Of a stretch of 64,000 nucleotides of DNA, positions 47,488 through 57,167 are shown piece by piece. The position numbers were made by a program, and so were the translations under genes. The stretch is from Candidatus Uhrbacteria bacterium (GTDB taxonomy: Bacteria > Patescibacteriota > Patescibacteriia > UBA9934 > GWF2-40-263). The stretch is from the NCBI GenBank assembly GCA_026395055.1, contig JAPLZK010000001.1, positions 17,527 to 81,526 on the forward strand, in the 5' to 3' direction. The notes below the pieces were generated by a model. The model was not told the origin of the DNA. It did no database searches and saw only the letters and a list, made by a program, of their open reading frames with translations. Numbering within the stretch: the stretch's first letter is position 1; each line of letters starts with the position of its first letter.

Positions 47488-48674
47488 TACATCGGCAAAA
47501 CGACACCAGAATCCGTTAAGTCTGCTTTTTCCTGAATCAACTTTGTAAGAATCGCGCGATCCATATTTCGTCCTGTTAAAATTGCGCCAACAAGTTTATT
47601 TTTTCGAACAAATAGTTCCGTAACTCCACCCGCCTCAACCGTTCCAATAAGTCTTGTCTCGTCCGCATGCGTTCGAGACGTGTCCCCGATAAAAATAATT
47701 TCAATGCCAACGATATTCATTGCATAGGAAGAAACCAGATCGAATGCAGCGTGTGACCCGGTCATATTTCTTGCTGCCACACGTCCTTGCATTTGCGCGT
47801 TCATCCAGTTCCCCGTAATAAACGTTCGCTCAAAACGTTCGTCGAAAAATTCGGCAACATCTCCTGCGGCGTAAACATCTTTCACATTTGTTTCTAAAAA
47901 TGCGTTCGTAAGAATCCCTTCATGCATTTGAATGCCAGATTCTTGCAACAAAGAAAAGTGTGGCGCTACACCAACTCCAACTCCTAAAAGAGAACAGGGG
48001 TATGTTTGTCCGTTGATAAAAATAGATTCGATCGTTTTCTCACCAATGCATTCGATTTCTTTTGCGTTCTCGATAACCGTAATTCCGTTTTGAACAAGTT
48101 GATTTTTAATCAACATTCCGGCCTCTTCAGAAATTCCACGTGACCACATATGTGCGCCACGGTACGCGAGCGTAATGGGAATATTCGCTTCGTGAAAAAT
48201 ATTTAAATATTCGCACGCAATAAATCCTCCGCCATAAATGCACGCGTGTGCATCTTTCGGAAGTGCTCGCATGAGTTCCACCAATTGATCCGCATCATCA
48301 AGCGTACGCAAATAAGAAACTCCCGGAAGATCTTGATCCATTAACTTTACTTCACTTCCGCTTGCGATCAATAATTTGTCATAGGAAAGTTCTCCTCCCC
48401 CAACAAACTCAATGTGTTTATTCTTTGCATCCACACGTTCAATAATTTCTCCCGCGAGCCATTCAATCTGCTGCTCCGCATACCAGGATTCTTTTTTCAA
48501 AAAAACACGTTCGCGTGGAATTTTTCCCTTAATATAATGCGGCAACAAAACACGCGAATAGAGCGCGTGAAATTCTTCTGAAATAAGCGTGATCTTGGAC
48601 GCCGAATCCAACTTGCGCAATTCTTCTGCGCACGTCGTTCCCGCAATTCCTCCACCAATGATGACGTAGTGCAT
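47487..48674 (-). CDS. FAD-dependent pyridine nucleotide oxidoreductase (ferredoxin/rubredoxin reductase-like)
   Basis: MHYVIIGGGIAGTTCAEEL Rossmann start, second dinucleotide fold; first gene downstream of the ferredoxin; start at M21 of the track ORF. Confidence 0.75.
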   Translation of the reverse strand: MHYVIIGGGIAGTTCAEELRKLDSASKITLISEEFHALYSRVLLPHYIKGKIPRERVFLKKESWYAEQQIEWLAGEIIERVDAKNKHIEFVGGGELSYDKLLIASGSEVKLMDQDLPGVSYLRTLDDADQLVELMRALPKDAHACIYGGGFIACEYLNIFHEANIPITLAYRGAHMWSRGISEEAGMLIKNQLVQNGITVIENAKEIECIGEKTIESIFINGQTYPCSLLGVGVGVAPHFSLLQESGIQMHEGILTNAFLETNVKDVYAAGDVAEFFDERFERTFITGNWMNAQMQGRVAARNMTGSHAAFDLVSSYAMNIVGIEIIFIGDTSRTHADETRLIGTVEAGGVTELFVRKNKLVGAILTGRNMDRAILTKLIQEKADLTDSGVVLPM

Positions 48675-48774
48675 AAAAAAATAAAATTCGAAATGGAGAA
48701 ATATCGAATGTCGAAAATGAACGATACAGATCATTTTGTTTTCGTCTTTCGATATTCGGATTTCGAATTTTTAC

Positions 48775-49059
48775 TTACATGTCTGGAAACAATTGCGTTC
48801 CTGCTTCATCAAAAATGAAAATGGCGAGTGTGGGACAGGATTGCGCACCAAGTAAAATATTTTCCATTTCATCATCCGTCACTTCCATCCAGCGTTCGTA
48901 TTTAGATCCTTCCGGTTCTGTTCCGTGATCCAACACGTATGCTTTATTTTCTGCATTCATTTGAAATGTGTCAGGAGCAATGGTGACGCAAGACGCTGCA
49001 CCAATACACAGATCCTCATCAACTTTTACGCGGATACGTGGCATATTAAACTTCTTCAA
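48775..49059 (-). CDS. small ferredoxin (single [3Fe-4S]/[4Fe-4S] cluster type)
   Basis: DEDLCIGAASC ... AQSCP cysteine pattern. Confidence 0.7.
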   Translation of the reverse strand: MKKFNMPRIRVKVDEDLCIGAASCVTIAPDTFQMNAENKAYVLDHGTEPEGSKYERWMEVTDDEMENILLGAQSCPTLAIFIFDEAGTQLFPDM

Positions 49060-49288
49060 AAGTTATTTCTGTAATTTCTGGGCAGGTCTCTTTTACCAAA
49101 TCCATAATACCTTCTTTGTACGATGAAGAACATTCGCATCCTCCACAAAAACCAGAAAGACGAAACGATGCATTTGGAACTTCAACCAATAAGACTTCGA
49201 TCGAGCGTCCAGCGGATGCAAGAATGGGTTTCAGATGTTCGAGACGTTTTTCTAACAATTCTTTTTGCATACGATTACGCGGCACCAA
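49046..49288 (-). CDS. NifU C-terminal domain / Nfu-type Fe-S cluster carrier
   Basis: GFCGGCECSS CxxC motif; translationally coupled on both sides. Confidence 0.7.
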   Translation of the reverse strand: MVPRNRMQKELLEKRLEHLKPILASAGRSIEVLLVEVPNASFRLSGFCGGCECSSSYKEGIMDLVKETCPEITEITFEEV

Positions 49289-49982
49289 AATATTTTTCTT
49301 TATAAAATCGAATCAACTCTTCCACAGCGGGAAGACAGTTCGGATTTCCGATTCCTACTTTTGTTTTCTGTTGAACAAGTTCGAGTGTATGTGCGCCCTC
49401 GAGGACTGCTTCTTCAATATCATGATCGGTCACTTTTGAAACAGGATCAATGATGCGTGATGACTCGACCACGATTTTATCAAACGTTTCTACACGACGG
49501 TAGAAGTCATTGATTGCATCGCGAAGCGCTTTGTCACAAAGGACGGAACAGTGGAACTTTCGTTGTGGAAGTCCGCCAAGACGTTCCATGATGTCTTGTG
49601 GTTTCAGCTTGCGCGCTTCGTCGAGTGTGAGTCCGCCATTCTCTGTCACCATCACAGAAGCCATAGACGTTGAAGCGATCGCGCTTCCACACCCAAAGGT
49701 TTTCCATTTAAATTCAAGAATTTTTTCTGTCTCTGGGTCCACATTCATCCAAACACGCAATTCATCTCCACAGGCAGGGGAACCAACTTTTCCAATCGCA
49801 TTGAATTGCGTTTCATCTGCATCATTCTCCATGAAATTTTTTGGATGAAAAAAATGTTCTTTCACAATGTCTGTGTAGAACCAAGATTTTGTTTGATCGT
49901 GTGACGCAACGTCACCCTTTGTCCCGGGGACGGGTTCTTGTTTGTAATCCATAAAATTATTGCCAATACTTTTCATCCACAC
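49275..49982 (-). CDS. nifU: NifU-type Fe-S cluster scaffold (IscU-like N-terminal + BFD-like [2Fe-2S] domain)
   Basis: GSPACGD, FGCGSAIASTS and HCSVL scaffold Cys motifs; C-terminal BFD-like segment. Confidence 0.8.
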   Translation of the reverse strand: MWMKSIGNNFMDYKQEPVPGTKGDVASHDQTKSWFYTDIVKEHFFHPKNFMENDADETQFNAIGKVGSPACGDELRVWMNVDPETEKILEFKWKTFGCGSAIASTSMASVMVTENGGLTLDEARKLKPQDIMERLGGLPQRKFHCSVLCDKALRDAINDFYRRVETFDKIVVESSRIIDPVSKVTDHDIEEAVLEGAHTLELVQQKTKVGIGNPNCLPAVEELIRFYKEKYFGAA

Positions 49983-51156
49983 TCACAGGACTAATAGATC
50001 TGAGTGTTTGCACGAGTGGTGGAAGTGATTTTAAAACATAATCAATGTCTGCTTCTGTTGTTGCGTGTCCAAGCGAGAAGCGCATGGAACCGTGAGCAAC
50101 CTCATACGGAAATCCGAGCGCAAGAATCACGTGTGACGGATCAAGAGATGCGGAAGTACAAGCGGAGCCAGTGGACGCATAAATTCCTGCTGCATCGAGA
50201 TAAAGGAGAAGCGCTTCGCCTTCGATGTCAATGAATGATGCATTTACGTTGTTCGGCAAACGATGGATTCGATCCCCATTGATCCGTGTTCGAGGAATTG
50301 TTGAGAGGATTCCTTCAATGAGTTTGTCGCGAAGTGGAGTAAGTCGAGCTGTTTGTTCGACTCGTTCCGCTTGAACAAGCTCGAATGCTTTTGCAAATCC
50401 GATGATGCCCGCAACATCTTCTGTTCCCGGACGAATGCCGCGCTCTTGCGCACCACCAAACATGAGTGGCTCAAGTTTAATTCCACGCTTCACATACAAA
50501 AGCCCTGTTCCTTTTGGTCCATAAATTTTTGGGCCATTCATGGTGAGCATGTCGACGTGAAGTTTTTCGACATTCATGTCTAAGTACGCTGCCGCTTGGC
50601 ATGCGTCTGTATGAAAAACAAGATGTGGCAACTTTTTCTCTTCGCGATATTTTTGAATGATGTTTCCAATATCCGCAATCGGTTGAATGGTTCCAACTTC
50701 ATTGTTTGCGTACATGATCGAAACCAAAATCGTATCTTCCGTGAGCGCCTCCTCGATCTGACGCGCGTCAATCATTCCCTCTTTGCCTGGCTTGAGATAC
50801 GTCACACGAAACCCCTCTTTCTTTTCAAGACGAATGCATGCTTCGAGAACGGCATGATGTTCAAACGATGTTGTAATGATGTGCATGCCAAACTGTTTAT
50901 TCATGCGTGCGTAACCAAGAATCGCCAAATTATCCGACTCTGTTCCGCCTGAAGTAAACAAAATTTCATCTGGGCGAACATGCAAAACACTTGCCATGGA
51001 AGCACGCGCTTCGCGAAGCGCGTCTGTTGCAACCTTCCCACGAGAATGAAAACTGGATGGATTACCGTATTTATCTTGTAGGTACGGCAACATAACCTCA
51101 AGAACACGAGGATCGAGGGGAGTTGTTGCCGCGTGATCTAGATAGATATCAGGCAT
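49957..51156 (-). CDS. nifS: cysteine desulfurase (NifS/IscS, class V aminotransferase)
   Basis: IYLDHAATTP start, PLP-Lys region, SGSACTS catalytic Cys loop. Confidence 0.9.
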   Translation of the reverse strand: MPDIYLDHAATTPLDPRVLEVMLPYLQDKYGNPSSFHSRGKVATDALREARASMASVLHVRPDEILFTSGGTESDNLAILGYARMNKQFGMHIITTSFEHHAVLEACIRLEKKEGFRVTYLKPGKEGMIDARQIEEALTEDTILVSIMYANNEVGTIQPIADIGNIIQKYREEKKLPHLVFHTDACQAAAYLDMNVEKLHVDMLTMNGPKIYGPKGTGLLYVKRGIKLEPLMFGGAQERGIRPGTEDVAGIIGFAKAFELVQAERVEQTARLTPLRDKLIEGILSTIPRTRINGDRIHRLPNNVNASFIDIEGEALLLYLDAAGIYASTGSACTSASLDPSHVILALGFPYEVAHGSMRFSLGHATTEADIDYVLKSLPPLVQTLRSISPVSVDEKYWQ

Positions 51157-51214
51157 ATGGTTGACCGAGTGTATCAAAAAAGCCGCTGGAAATCAACGGC
51201 CACCCTCTGATTTG

Positions 51215-51223
51215 TGTTATAAT
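51215..51223 (+). promoter_or_regulatory. extended -10 promoter (TGtTATAAT) 12 nt upstream of the ATG at 51235
   Basis: Identical TGTTATAAT nonamer to the galU promoter; no SD. Confidence 0.35.
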
Positions 51224-51234
51224 TCCCCTATCCA

Positions 51235-51723
51235 GTGTTCAATCCGTTATTCGTAACATTTTATATGCAAATTGGAGAACAATACCCAGCATTCCACAAA
51301 AAAACGCTCGTCGTTGTTGCAGACCACAAACACGCCAAACTATTTCTTGGTGAAGATCGTGAATTTACATTTTTGGAAGAAGTAAAGACAACTCATTTAC
51401 ATCCAGAAGCTGGCGATCGAACATCCATGCTGTCCTCAACCGGCGGGCATGGTGCCGTTATAAATGAAAAGGAAACGATTATTGATGAGGATCATTTGTT
51501 TCATGCTCTCGCAAAAGATTTACACATTCGCCTTGAAAAGCATGAGTATGAAGATCTTATCATTGCGGCCGGTCAAGAAGTTCACCAATTGCAAAAATTG
51601 CTCCATCACGATGTAAACGCGCGCGTTCTTCATCTCATTCCAAAACTCCTCACAGAGTTTAATGGTGAACGATTACTCGAACATCTTGAACTTGGACAAG
51701 CCATCACAGAAGACCGGTCTTGA
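51235..51723 (+). CDS. hypothetical protein (host-attachment-protein / baeRF-like?)
   Basis: 162 aa; TLVVVADHKHAKLF resembles the N-terminus of the PF10116 host attachment protein family; tentative. Confidence 0.35.
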   Translation: MFNPLFVTFYMQIGEQYPAFHKKTLVVVADHKHAKLFLGEDREFTFLEEVKTTHLHPEAGDRTSMLSSTGGHGAVINEKETIIDEDHLFHALAKDLHIRLEKHEYEDLIIAAGQEVHQLQKLLHHDVNARVLHLIPKLLTEFNGERLLEHLELGQAITEDRS

Positions 51724-51773
51724 TCTGGATCAATAATCTTGATACATTTCCGTCGATCCCAAAAGATCGACAG

Positions 51774-51849
51774 GGCCTGATGGCGAAGTGGTTAACGCGG
51801 CGGTCTGCAAAACCGCTATGCGAGGGTTCAACTCCCTCTCAGGCCTCCA
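51774..51849 (+). tRNA. tRNA-Cys (anticodon GCA), CCA encoded
   Basis: Acceptor GGCCTGA/TCAGGCC, anticodon stem GCGGT/ACCGC with loop CTGCAAA, T-arm GAGGGTTCAACTCCCTC, discriminator U. Confidence 0.75.
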
Positions 51850-51885
51850 AACAAAAAACCCGAGCGTAATGCTCGAGTTTTTTGT
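51850..51885. terminator. bidirectional terminator
   Basis: AAAAAACCCGAGC-GTAAT-GCTCGAGTTTTTTGTTTT. Confidence 0.6.
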
Positions 51886-51886
51886 T

Positions 51887-52546
51887 TTAGAATACTTCAA
51901 TGGTTGTTTGTTTCAATCCGAACTGTTTGGCTTGTTTTAAATCCTTGAGCCAAATGTCCATGTGCTTGTCATAACGTGCGTTCATACGGTCTTGCACCGT
52001 AAAAATACGGTCACCATATAATTCTGGAATACGCACGTGCGTTCCCATGGGCAAAAAGTTTGCCGCAACAACGTCTTCAAGCCCACGTTTACATACGTTC
52101 ATTCCAGAAGCTGTAATACAAGGGGAATCGTCCGTTTGGCCGACTTCCGAAGTATAAGCCGTAATTGGAATGGTATATGTCTTACGCGCCTTTGCATCAA
52201 CAGAAACCGGAAGGTCTCCGAATGATTTTGTTTCATTTTCCATGGCGTTAATCATAAGCGCCACGGTTTGGTGATCCACGGGCTTTTGGTCCGTTGCCAT
52301 GTCTGCGTTCGCCATTGCTGGGAAAAAGACATATGTACCAATCATTGCCACAAAGGCAACAACAGAAACATCAAAGGCATATTTACGAACAAGAACCAAT
52401 TTTTGTGTAATTTTAATGAAGATTTTGGATGTGAAAAAAGCAACGGTACGTACGTACCCAAAATCGTTGTCCCAAATCATAGCGATTGCCGATTTGGTTT
52501 TCTTTTGAATTGTTTTCAAGCCCTTTGTTAAGCGTTTATTTGTCAT
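51887..52546 (-). CDS. 3D-domain protein (MltA-like lytic transglycosylase domain; YabE/YocH-like)
   Basis: N-terminal TM anchor; C-terminal block with three conserved Asp (GQTDDSP ... DVVAANF ... DRMNARYDKHMDIW). Confidence 0.6.
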   Translation of the reverse strand: MTNKRLTKGLKTIQKKTKSAIAMIWDNDFGYVRTVAFFTSKIFIKITQKLVLVRKYAFDVSVVAFVAMIGTYVFFPAMANADMATDQKPVDHQTVALMINAMENETKSFGDLPVSVDAKARKTYTIPITAYTSEVGQTDDSPCITASGMNVCKRGLEDVVAANFLPMGTHVRIPELYGDRIFTVQDRMNARYDKHMDIWLKDLKQAKQFGLKQTTIEVF

Positions 52547-52716
52547 ACCCGACGTTTCCTTCCTCCTACAGAAGAGACGTTGGGCAGGGCAAATAGTGTT
52601 CCATCAAAAAACCCTGTTTCCAGAGTGGCACTATAGTACCACGAAAACCTGTATTTGTCAATGGTTTCAGGCCTTCTTTTCTATTTTTTTTAGCTTAACA
52701 TAGCCAATTACCTCTT

Positions 52717-55700
52717 GTGGATGCTTTGTGGATTCCTTTGTCGAAAACCAGAAAATCAGGTATCCTACCTTCACTTATGTCACAACACATTTACAACAAG
52801 CAAAGCTGGAAAAACTCTGGAAAACCAAGCGCTATGCTTGGTCGAATCTGGGGATCGTTTCGTCAAACCGCCATCGGCAAAAATTTGTGGCTCATTCTCA
52901 TCTTCCTTGTCGTCCTTGGCTCCCTTTTGGCCTTGGGATTATTCGCCATTGCAAGCCGAGACCTCCCAAGCCCGGGCAGTTTAACTCAACGCAAAATCTC
53001 TCAAACAACAAAAATATACGATCGAACCGGTGAACACCTTCTCTACGAAATCGCCGGTAACCAAAACCGCACACTCAAGCAATTCCAAGTAGGATTCTGC
53101 AGTCCAAAAGATCCAAAGCTCACCTTTGATCCAAAAGGCATTCCACTTTACGCCATTCAAGCAACGGTCACTGCAGAAGACAGAAGCTTCTGTGAACACA
53201 GTGGCTTTGATGTGAAGGGACTTGCACGCGCCGTCTTTTTAAACCTGATTGGTCAACGTGTTGGTGGATCCACTCTCACACAACAACTCGTGAAAAACGC
53301 GATTCTCTCGAATGAAAAAACATTCACACGTAAAATCAAAGAATTAATTTTGTCTGTTGAACTTGAACAAAAATATTCCAAAGATGAAATTCTTCAAATT
53401 TATTTTAATGAAATTCCGTACGGATCAAGTTATTATGGAATCGAAGCCGCATCACAAAACTATTTTGGAAAATCTGTAAACGATTTATCGGTCGCAGAAG
53501 CTGCAACCCTCGCTGCACTTCCAAAAGCACCAACAACTTACTTGAATAATCCAGACATGCTGAAGACACGTCGAGATTATATTTTGGGTGAAATGCAAAA
53601 ACTTGGATTCATCGACAAGGCAACGTTTGAAAAAGCAAAAGCGGAACAAACTCCTGTGAACATTCGCTTGTCGAACATCACGGCACCGCACTTCGTCATG
53701 GATGTGAAGGCAGATCTCGAAGACACGTATGGTCGCCGCACGGTTGAGGAAGGCGGACTCAAAGTGATTACGACACTTGATTATAAATTGCAACAGATTG
53801 CAGAAGAAGAAGTAACCAACGGAGTAAATGCGAAAGGTTCGCAATACGGATTCTCAAACTCTTCTCTCGTCGCCGAAGATCCACACACAGGACAAATCCT
53901 CGCCATGGTCGGTTCGAAAGACTTCTTCGACAAATCGATCGATGGCCAGGTGAACGTCGCAACGCGTCACCGACAACCAGGCTCGAGTTTCAAGCCAATC
54001 GTTTATACAAAGGCGTTCGAAATGGGATACACACCAAACACAGTTCTTTGGGATGTGAATACAGATTTTCCAACAGCAGTCGGAACCTACTCACCACACG
54101 ATTACGATTTGAAAGAACGCGGACCACTTAAAATTCGTGACGCTCTTCAATCATCCCTCAACATTCCTGCGGTTAAAACGGTATACCTCGTTGGTGTTGA
54201 TAACGCGCTCGACTTTGCAACTTCACTTGGTTACGACTCGTTTTCAAATCATGCAAACTTCGGCATGTCGATTGTGCTTGGAGGTGGTGAAGTTCGACTG
54301 ATTGATCACGTAAACGCTTACGCAACATTCGCAAACGAAGGAAAATTAAACGAACAAGTTTCTGTCTTACGCGTAGAAGATGCAACAGGAAATGTTCTCG
54401 AAGAATGGAAACAAAAAGATCCAAAACAAGTTGTGGATCCAAATGCGGCACACATGATTTCAAATGTTCTTTCCGATAATGTGGCGCGTACACCAATCTT
54501 CGGACCAAAAAGTAATCTTCAACTCGCAGACAGACCTGTTGCCGCTAAATCTGGAACAACAAATGATTTTCATGACGCATGGCTTATGGGTTACACACCA
54601 TCACTTGCCGCGGGTGTATGGGTTGGAAACAACAACAACACGGCCATGAAAAATAAGGCGGATGGTTCTATTGTTGCGGGTCCAATCTGGAATGCATTCA
54701 TGAAGCGCGCTCTTGAAGGAACACCTGTCGAACAATTTCCAACACCAGACATTCATCCAACAGGCAAACCTGTTCTTGATGGCTCGCTCGGCGCACAAAC
54801 ACTCATCATTGATCGTGCGAGCGGAAAGATCGCAACAGACTTTACACCAGACACATTTAAAGAAACGAGAGTCTACGGTGGCTATCACGAAATTTTACAA
54901 TTCGTAACACCAAGCAATCCACAAGGTCCCGCACCAGATCATCCAGAACAAGATCCTCAGTATGCAGCCTGGGAAACAGGAGTTCAAAATTGGCTCAATA
55001 AAAAACAAACGGAAACAGGAGTTCAACTTGTCACAACAAATCCACCAACAGAACAAGATGATGTTCACATTCCATCAAACACACCAACCATTCATCTTCA
55101 ATCCCCTTCAAACAACACGGTTATTGATGGGCACTCAATTCCTGTCTCTGTAAGCACTTCTGCGCCTCGCGGAGTCGCACGCGTTGAATATTATTTGGAT
55201 GATCTATTTATTGGTTCCATTTCGCACCAATCATCCTTTGACACAACCCTCTCGATTCCTTCAACAATTCCGAAAGGATTGCATTCTTTGAAGGCTGTCG
55301 CCTATGACGATATCGACAATAGTGCCTCAGATGTTGTGAGTATTCAAACAACTGCGGAAGCAGAAGATAATACATTTAGTCTGACAGATCCAAAGAACGG
55401 TCAGACAATCGATAAAACAACAGGTGTTTATACAATCGTTACATCCTTAAAAAATCCACAAAGTATAGGTTCTGTGACAATCTTTGCGGAACAAGTTGGT
55501 TCACAAGCAAAAACCGTTATTGGAGAATTCTCAAATCCAACTTCCCCATTTGTTACGGTGGACTGGAAACTTCCCGATACGGGAGCATGGGTTCTATCCG
55601 CAAGTGCAAAACCAAAATCAGGTTCTACCCTTATTACAACAGGAGGAACAGTTGTAGAAGTTCAAGGATCCATGATTTCATCCGCAACGGATTCAGGGAG

Positions 55701-55743
55701 TGTATTCAAACCCACAAACTCTCTAGACCCATTTGCAAAATAA
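52717..55743 (+). CDS. class A penicillin-binding protein (PBP1A: transglycosylase + transpeptidase) with C-terminal Ig-like extension
   Basis: GT51 motifs (EDRSFCEHSGFD, GGSTLTQQL), transpeptidase SxxK/SxN/KTG (SSFKP, KSGTTND), ~300-aa Ser/Thr-rich C-terminal tail. True start probably MSQHIY (52780) or MLGRIW (52834). Confidence 0.9.
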   Translation: MDALWIPLSKTRKSGILPSLMSQHIYNKQSWKNSGKPSAMLGRIWGSFRQTAIGKNLWLILIFLVVLGSLLALGLFAIASRDLPSPGSLTQRKISQTTKIYDRTGEHLLYEIAGNQNRTLKQFQVGFCSPKDPKLTFDPKGIPLYAIQATVTAEDRSFCEHSGFDVKGLARAVFLNLIGQRVGGSTLTQQLVKNAILSNEKTFTRKIKELILSVELEQKYSKDEILQIYFNEIPYGSSYYGIEAASQNYFGKSVNDLSVAEAATLAALPKAPTTYLNNPDMLKTRRDYILGEMQKLGFIDKATFEKAKAEQTPVNIRLSNITAPHFVMDVKADLEDTYGRRTVEEGGLKVITTLDYKLQQIAEEEVTNGVNAKGSQYGFSNSSLVAEDPHTGQILAMVGSKDFFDKSIDGQVNVATRHRQPGSSFKPIVYTKAFEMGYTPNTVLWDVNTDFPTAVGTYSPHDYDLKERGPLKIRDALQSSLNIPAVKTVYLVGVDNALDFATSLGYDSFSNHANFGMSIVLGGGEVRLIDHVNAYATFANEGKLNEQVSVLRVEDATGNVLEEWKQKDPKQVVDPNAAHMISNVLSDNVARTPIFGPKSNLQLADRPVAAKSGTTNDFHDAWLMGYTPSLAAGVWVGNNNNTAMKNKADGSIVAGPIWNAFMKRALEGTPVEQFPTPDIHPTGKPVLDGSLGAQTLIIDRASGKIATDFTPDTFKETRVYGGYHEILQFVTPSNPQGPAPDHPEQDPQYAAWETGVQNWLNKKQTETGVQLVTTNPPTEQDDVHIPSNTPTIHLQSPSNNTVIDGHSIPVSVSTSAPRGVARVEYYLDDLFIGSISHQSSFDTTLSIPSTIPKGLHSLKAVAYDDIDNSASDVVSIQTTAEAEDNTFSLTDPKNGQTIDKTTGVYTIVTSLKNPQSIGSVTIFAEQVGSQAKTVIGEFSNPTSPFVTVDWKLPDTGAWVLSASAKPKSGSTLITTGGTVVEVQGSMISSATDSGSVFKPTNSLDPFAK

Positions 55744-55747
55744 AATA

Positions 55748-55779
55748 AAAGACACTCTACTTCCAGAGTGTCTTTTATT
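55748..55779. terminator. bidirectional terminator
   Basis: AAAGACACTCT-ACTTCC-AGAGTGTCTTTTATTTT perfect hairpin. Confidence 0.65.
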
Positions 55780-56916
55780 TTATTGTTTGATTGGCATCAC
55801 AATATAACGATGCTCATTTGGTTTGTCTTTTGTTGTCAGCAAACAGGGATTTGAGGCATCAATCATCTGAAAGAGAACTTGTTCTCCGTACATAGATTGT
55901 AAACCATCAAGGAGATAACGAAAGTTTACCGTTACCGTATTATTCACTCCTGTAATTTCCGCATCACATGTCGTTGTGTTTTCTCCACGCGTGACATCAA
56001 CTGCCTGGACACTTACACGTTTGTCTGTTGGAGAAAAAAGGAGGGTTACATCGAACAACCCATTCTTTGAAAACAAACTTGCGGTCTTTACCGCTTTCAA
56101 AAAATCCTCACGATCAATTACGGCTTGTGTTTGAAATTGTTTTGGAATGATCTGTTCGTAGTCTGGATATTTTTCTTCAATTGTTCGCGACACAAGTTCA
56201 ACGGGGCCATACATAAAGACAACCTGGTTCTGTTTCACTTGCATGGTGATGTAGGAAGGTAAGTCCACCTCGTCTCGAAACACAGATAAAACACGACTTA
56301 CTTCAGAAAGCGTCTTTGCAGGAATAACCACACGGAAATCTTGCGCAGGACCACTTGTAACCGGAATCGTCTTTTCAGATAGTCGGTATGAGTCTGTTGT
56401 TGCAAGTGTGAGTCTCATCTCCTGCTGGAAGGGGTAGAAATGCATCAGGACACCCGTAAGCTCTGGACGCGACTCATTCGTTGCAACAGAGAAGAGAACC
56501 TGTGAGAGAGCTGATTTCAAATCATCGATCGGAATCTGAAAACTCATATCCCCTTCAACCTTTGGAACAAGAGGAAAATCTGAAGCATTCATTCCGTGTA
56601 TTTTTGTTTTGTGCCCTCCACATTCCACCAAAACGTGATCCCCATTTGTTTCCAAGTGAATCACTTCATTTGGAAGAAGTGAAACGTAGTCAAAAAATAA
56701 TTTTGAAGGGATCGTAAATTCTCCTTGTTCATCAATCTTTCCTCGAACAGAACAATTGATGGCAATTTCAAGATTGGTGGCGGTAAATCGTACGACTCCC
56801 CCGTCTGCTTTTACAAGAACGTTTTGGAGGATTGGAAGATTTACGTTTTTTGTCACTAAGTGACTCGTGATGCTGAGTCCTTGGTGGAGGTTTTCTTGCG
56901 TGCAGGAAATCTTCAT
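55780..56916 (-). CDS. dnaN: DNA polymerase III beta sliding clamp
   Basis: 378 aa, three-domain clamp; lies downstream of dnaA. Confidence 0.9.
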   Translation of the reverse strand: MKISCTQENLHQGLSITSHLVTKNVNLPILQNVLVKADGGVVRFTATNLEIAINCSVRGKIDEQGEFTIPSKLFFDYVSLLPNEVIHLETNGDHVLVECGGHKTKIHGMNASDFPLVPKVEGDMSFQIPIDDLKSALSQVLFSVATNESRPELTGVLMHFYPFQQEMRLTLATTDSYRLSEKTIPVTSGPAQDFRVVIPAKTLSEVSRVLSVFRDEVDLPSYITMQVKQNQVVFMYGPVELVSRTIEEKYPDYEQIIPKQFQTQAVIDREDFLKAVKTASLFSKNGLFDVTLLFSPTDKRVSVQAVDVTRGENTTTCDAEITGVNNTVTVNFRYLLDGLQSMYGEQVLFQMIDASNPCLLTTKDKPNEHRYIVMPIKQ

Positions 56917-56934
56917 AGGTTTTAGTTTTTTGAT

Positions 56935-57167
56935 TTGAAAAAGGGAACTAAAGATAATGATAAGGCTGTGGATGACAGGGATAACTTTTTCTTTTTAGCT
57001 CCTCTTAGCAAAATTCTTTTCCGAATGCCTGTGGAAGACTTCTGTGGAAAGGTGTGTACGAGTGTGTGGATAGAAATTTCATCCAAAACAACGTTCTTTC
57101 ATCCACGGGTTTTGCACAGTGTTATCCAGTGGGTTGTCGATATCTTATACACAAGGATAACTGGTGA
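56935..57167. promoter_or_regulatory. dnaA-dnaN intergenic region with DnaA-box-like motifs
   Basis: TGTGGATAG, TTATCCAGT, TTATACACA and AAGGATAAC within 100 bp. Confidence 0.45.

Noticed and set aside
47479-47535. 18-codon ORF (MGGYIGKTTPESVKSAFS) with a strong SD
   Set aside because: Too short, overlaps the stop of the upstream convergent gene; the SD is part of the repeated hairpin element. Kept only as context for that element.
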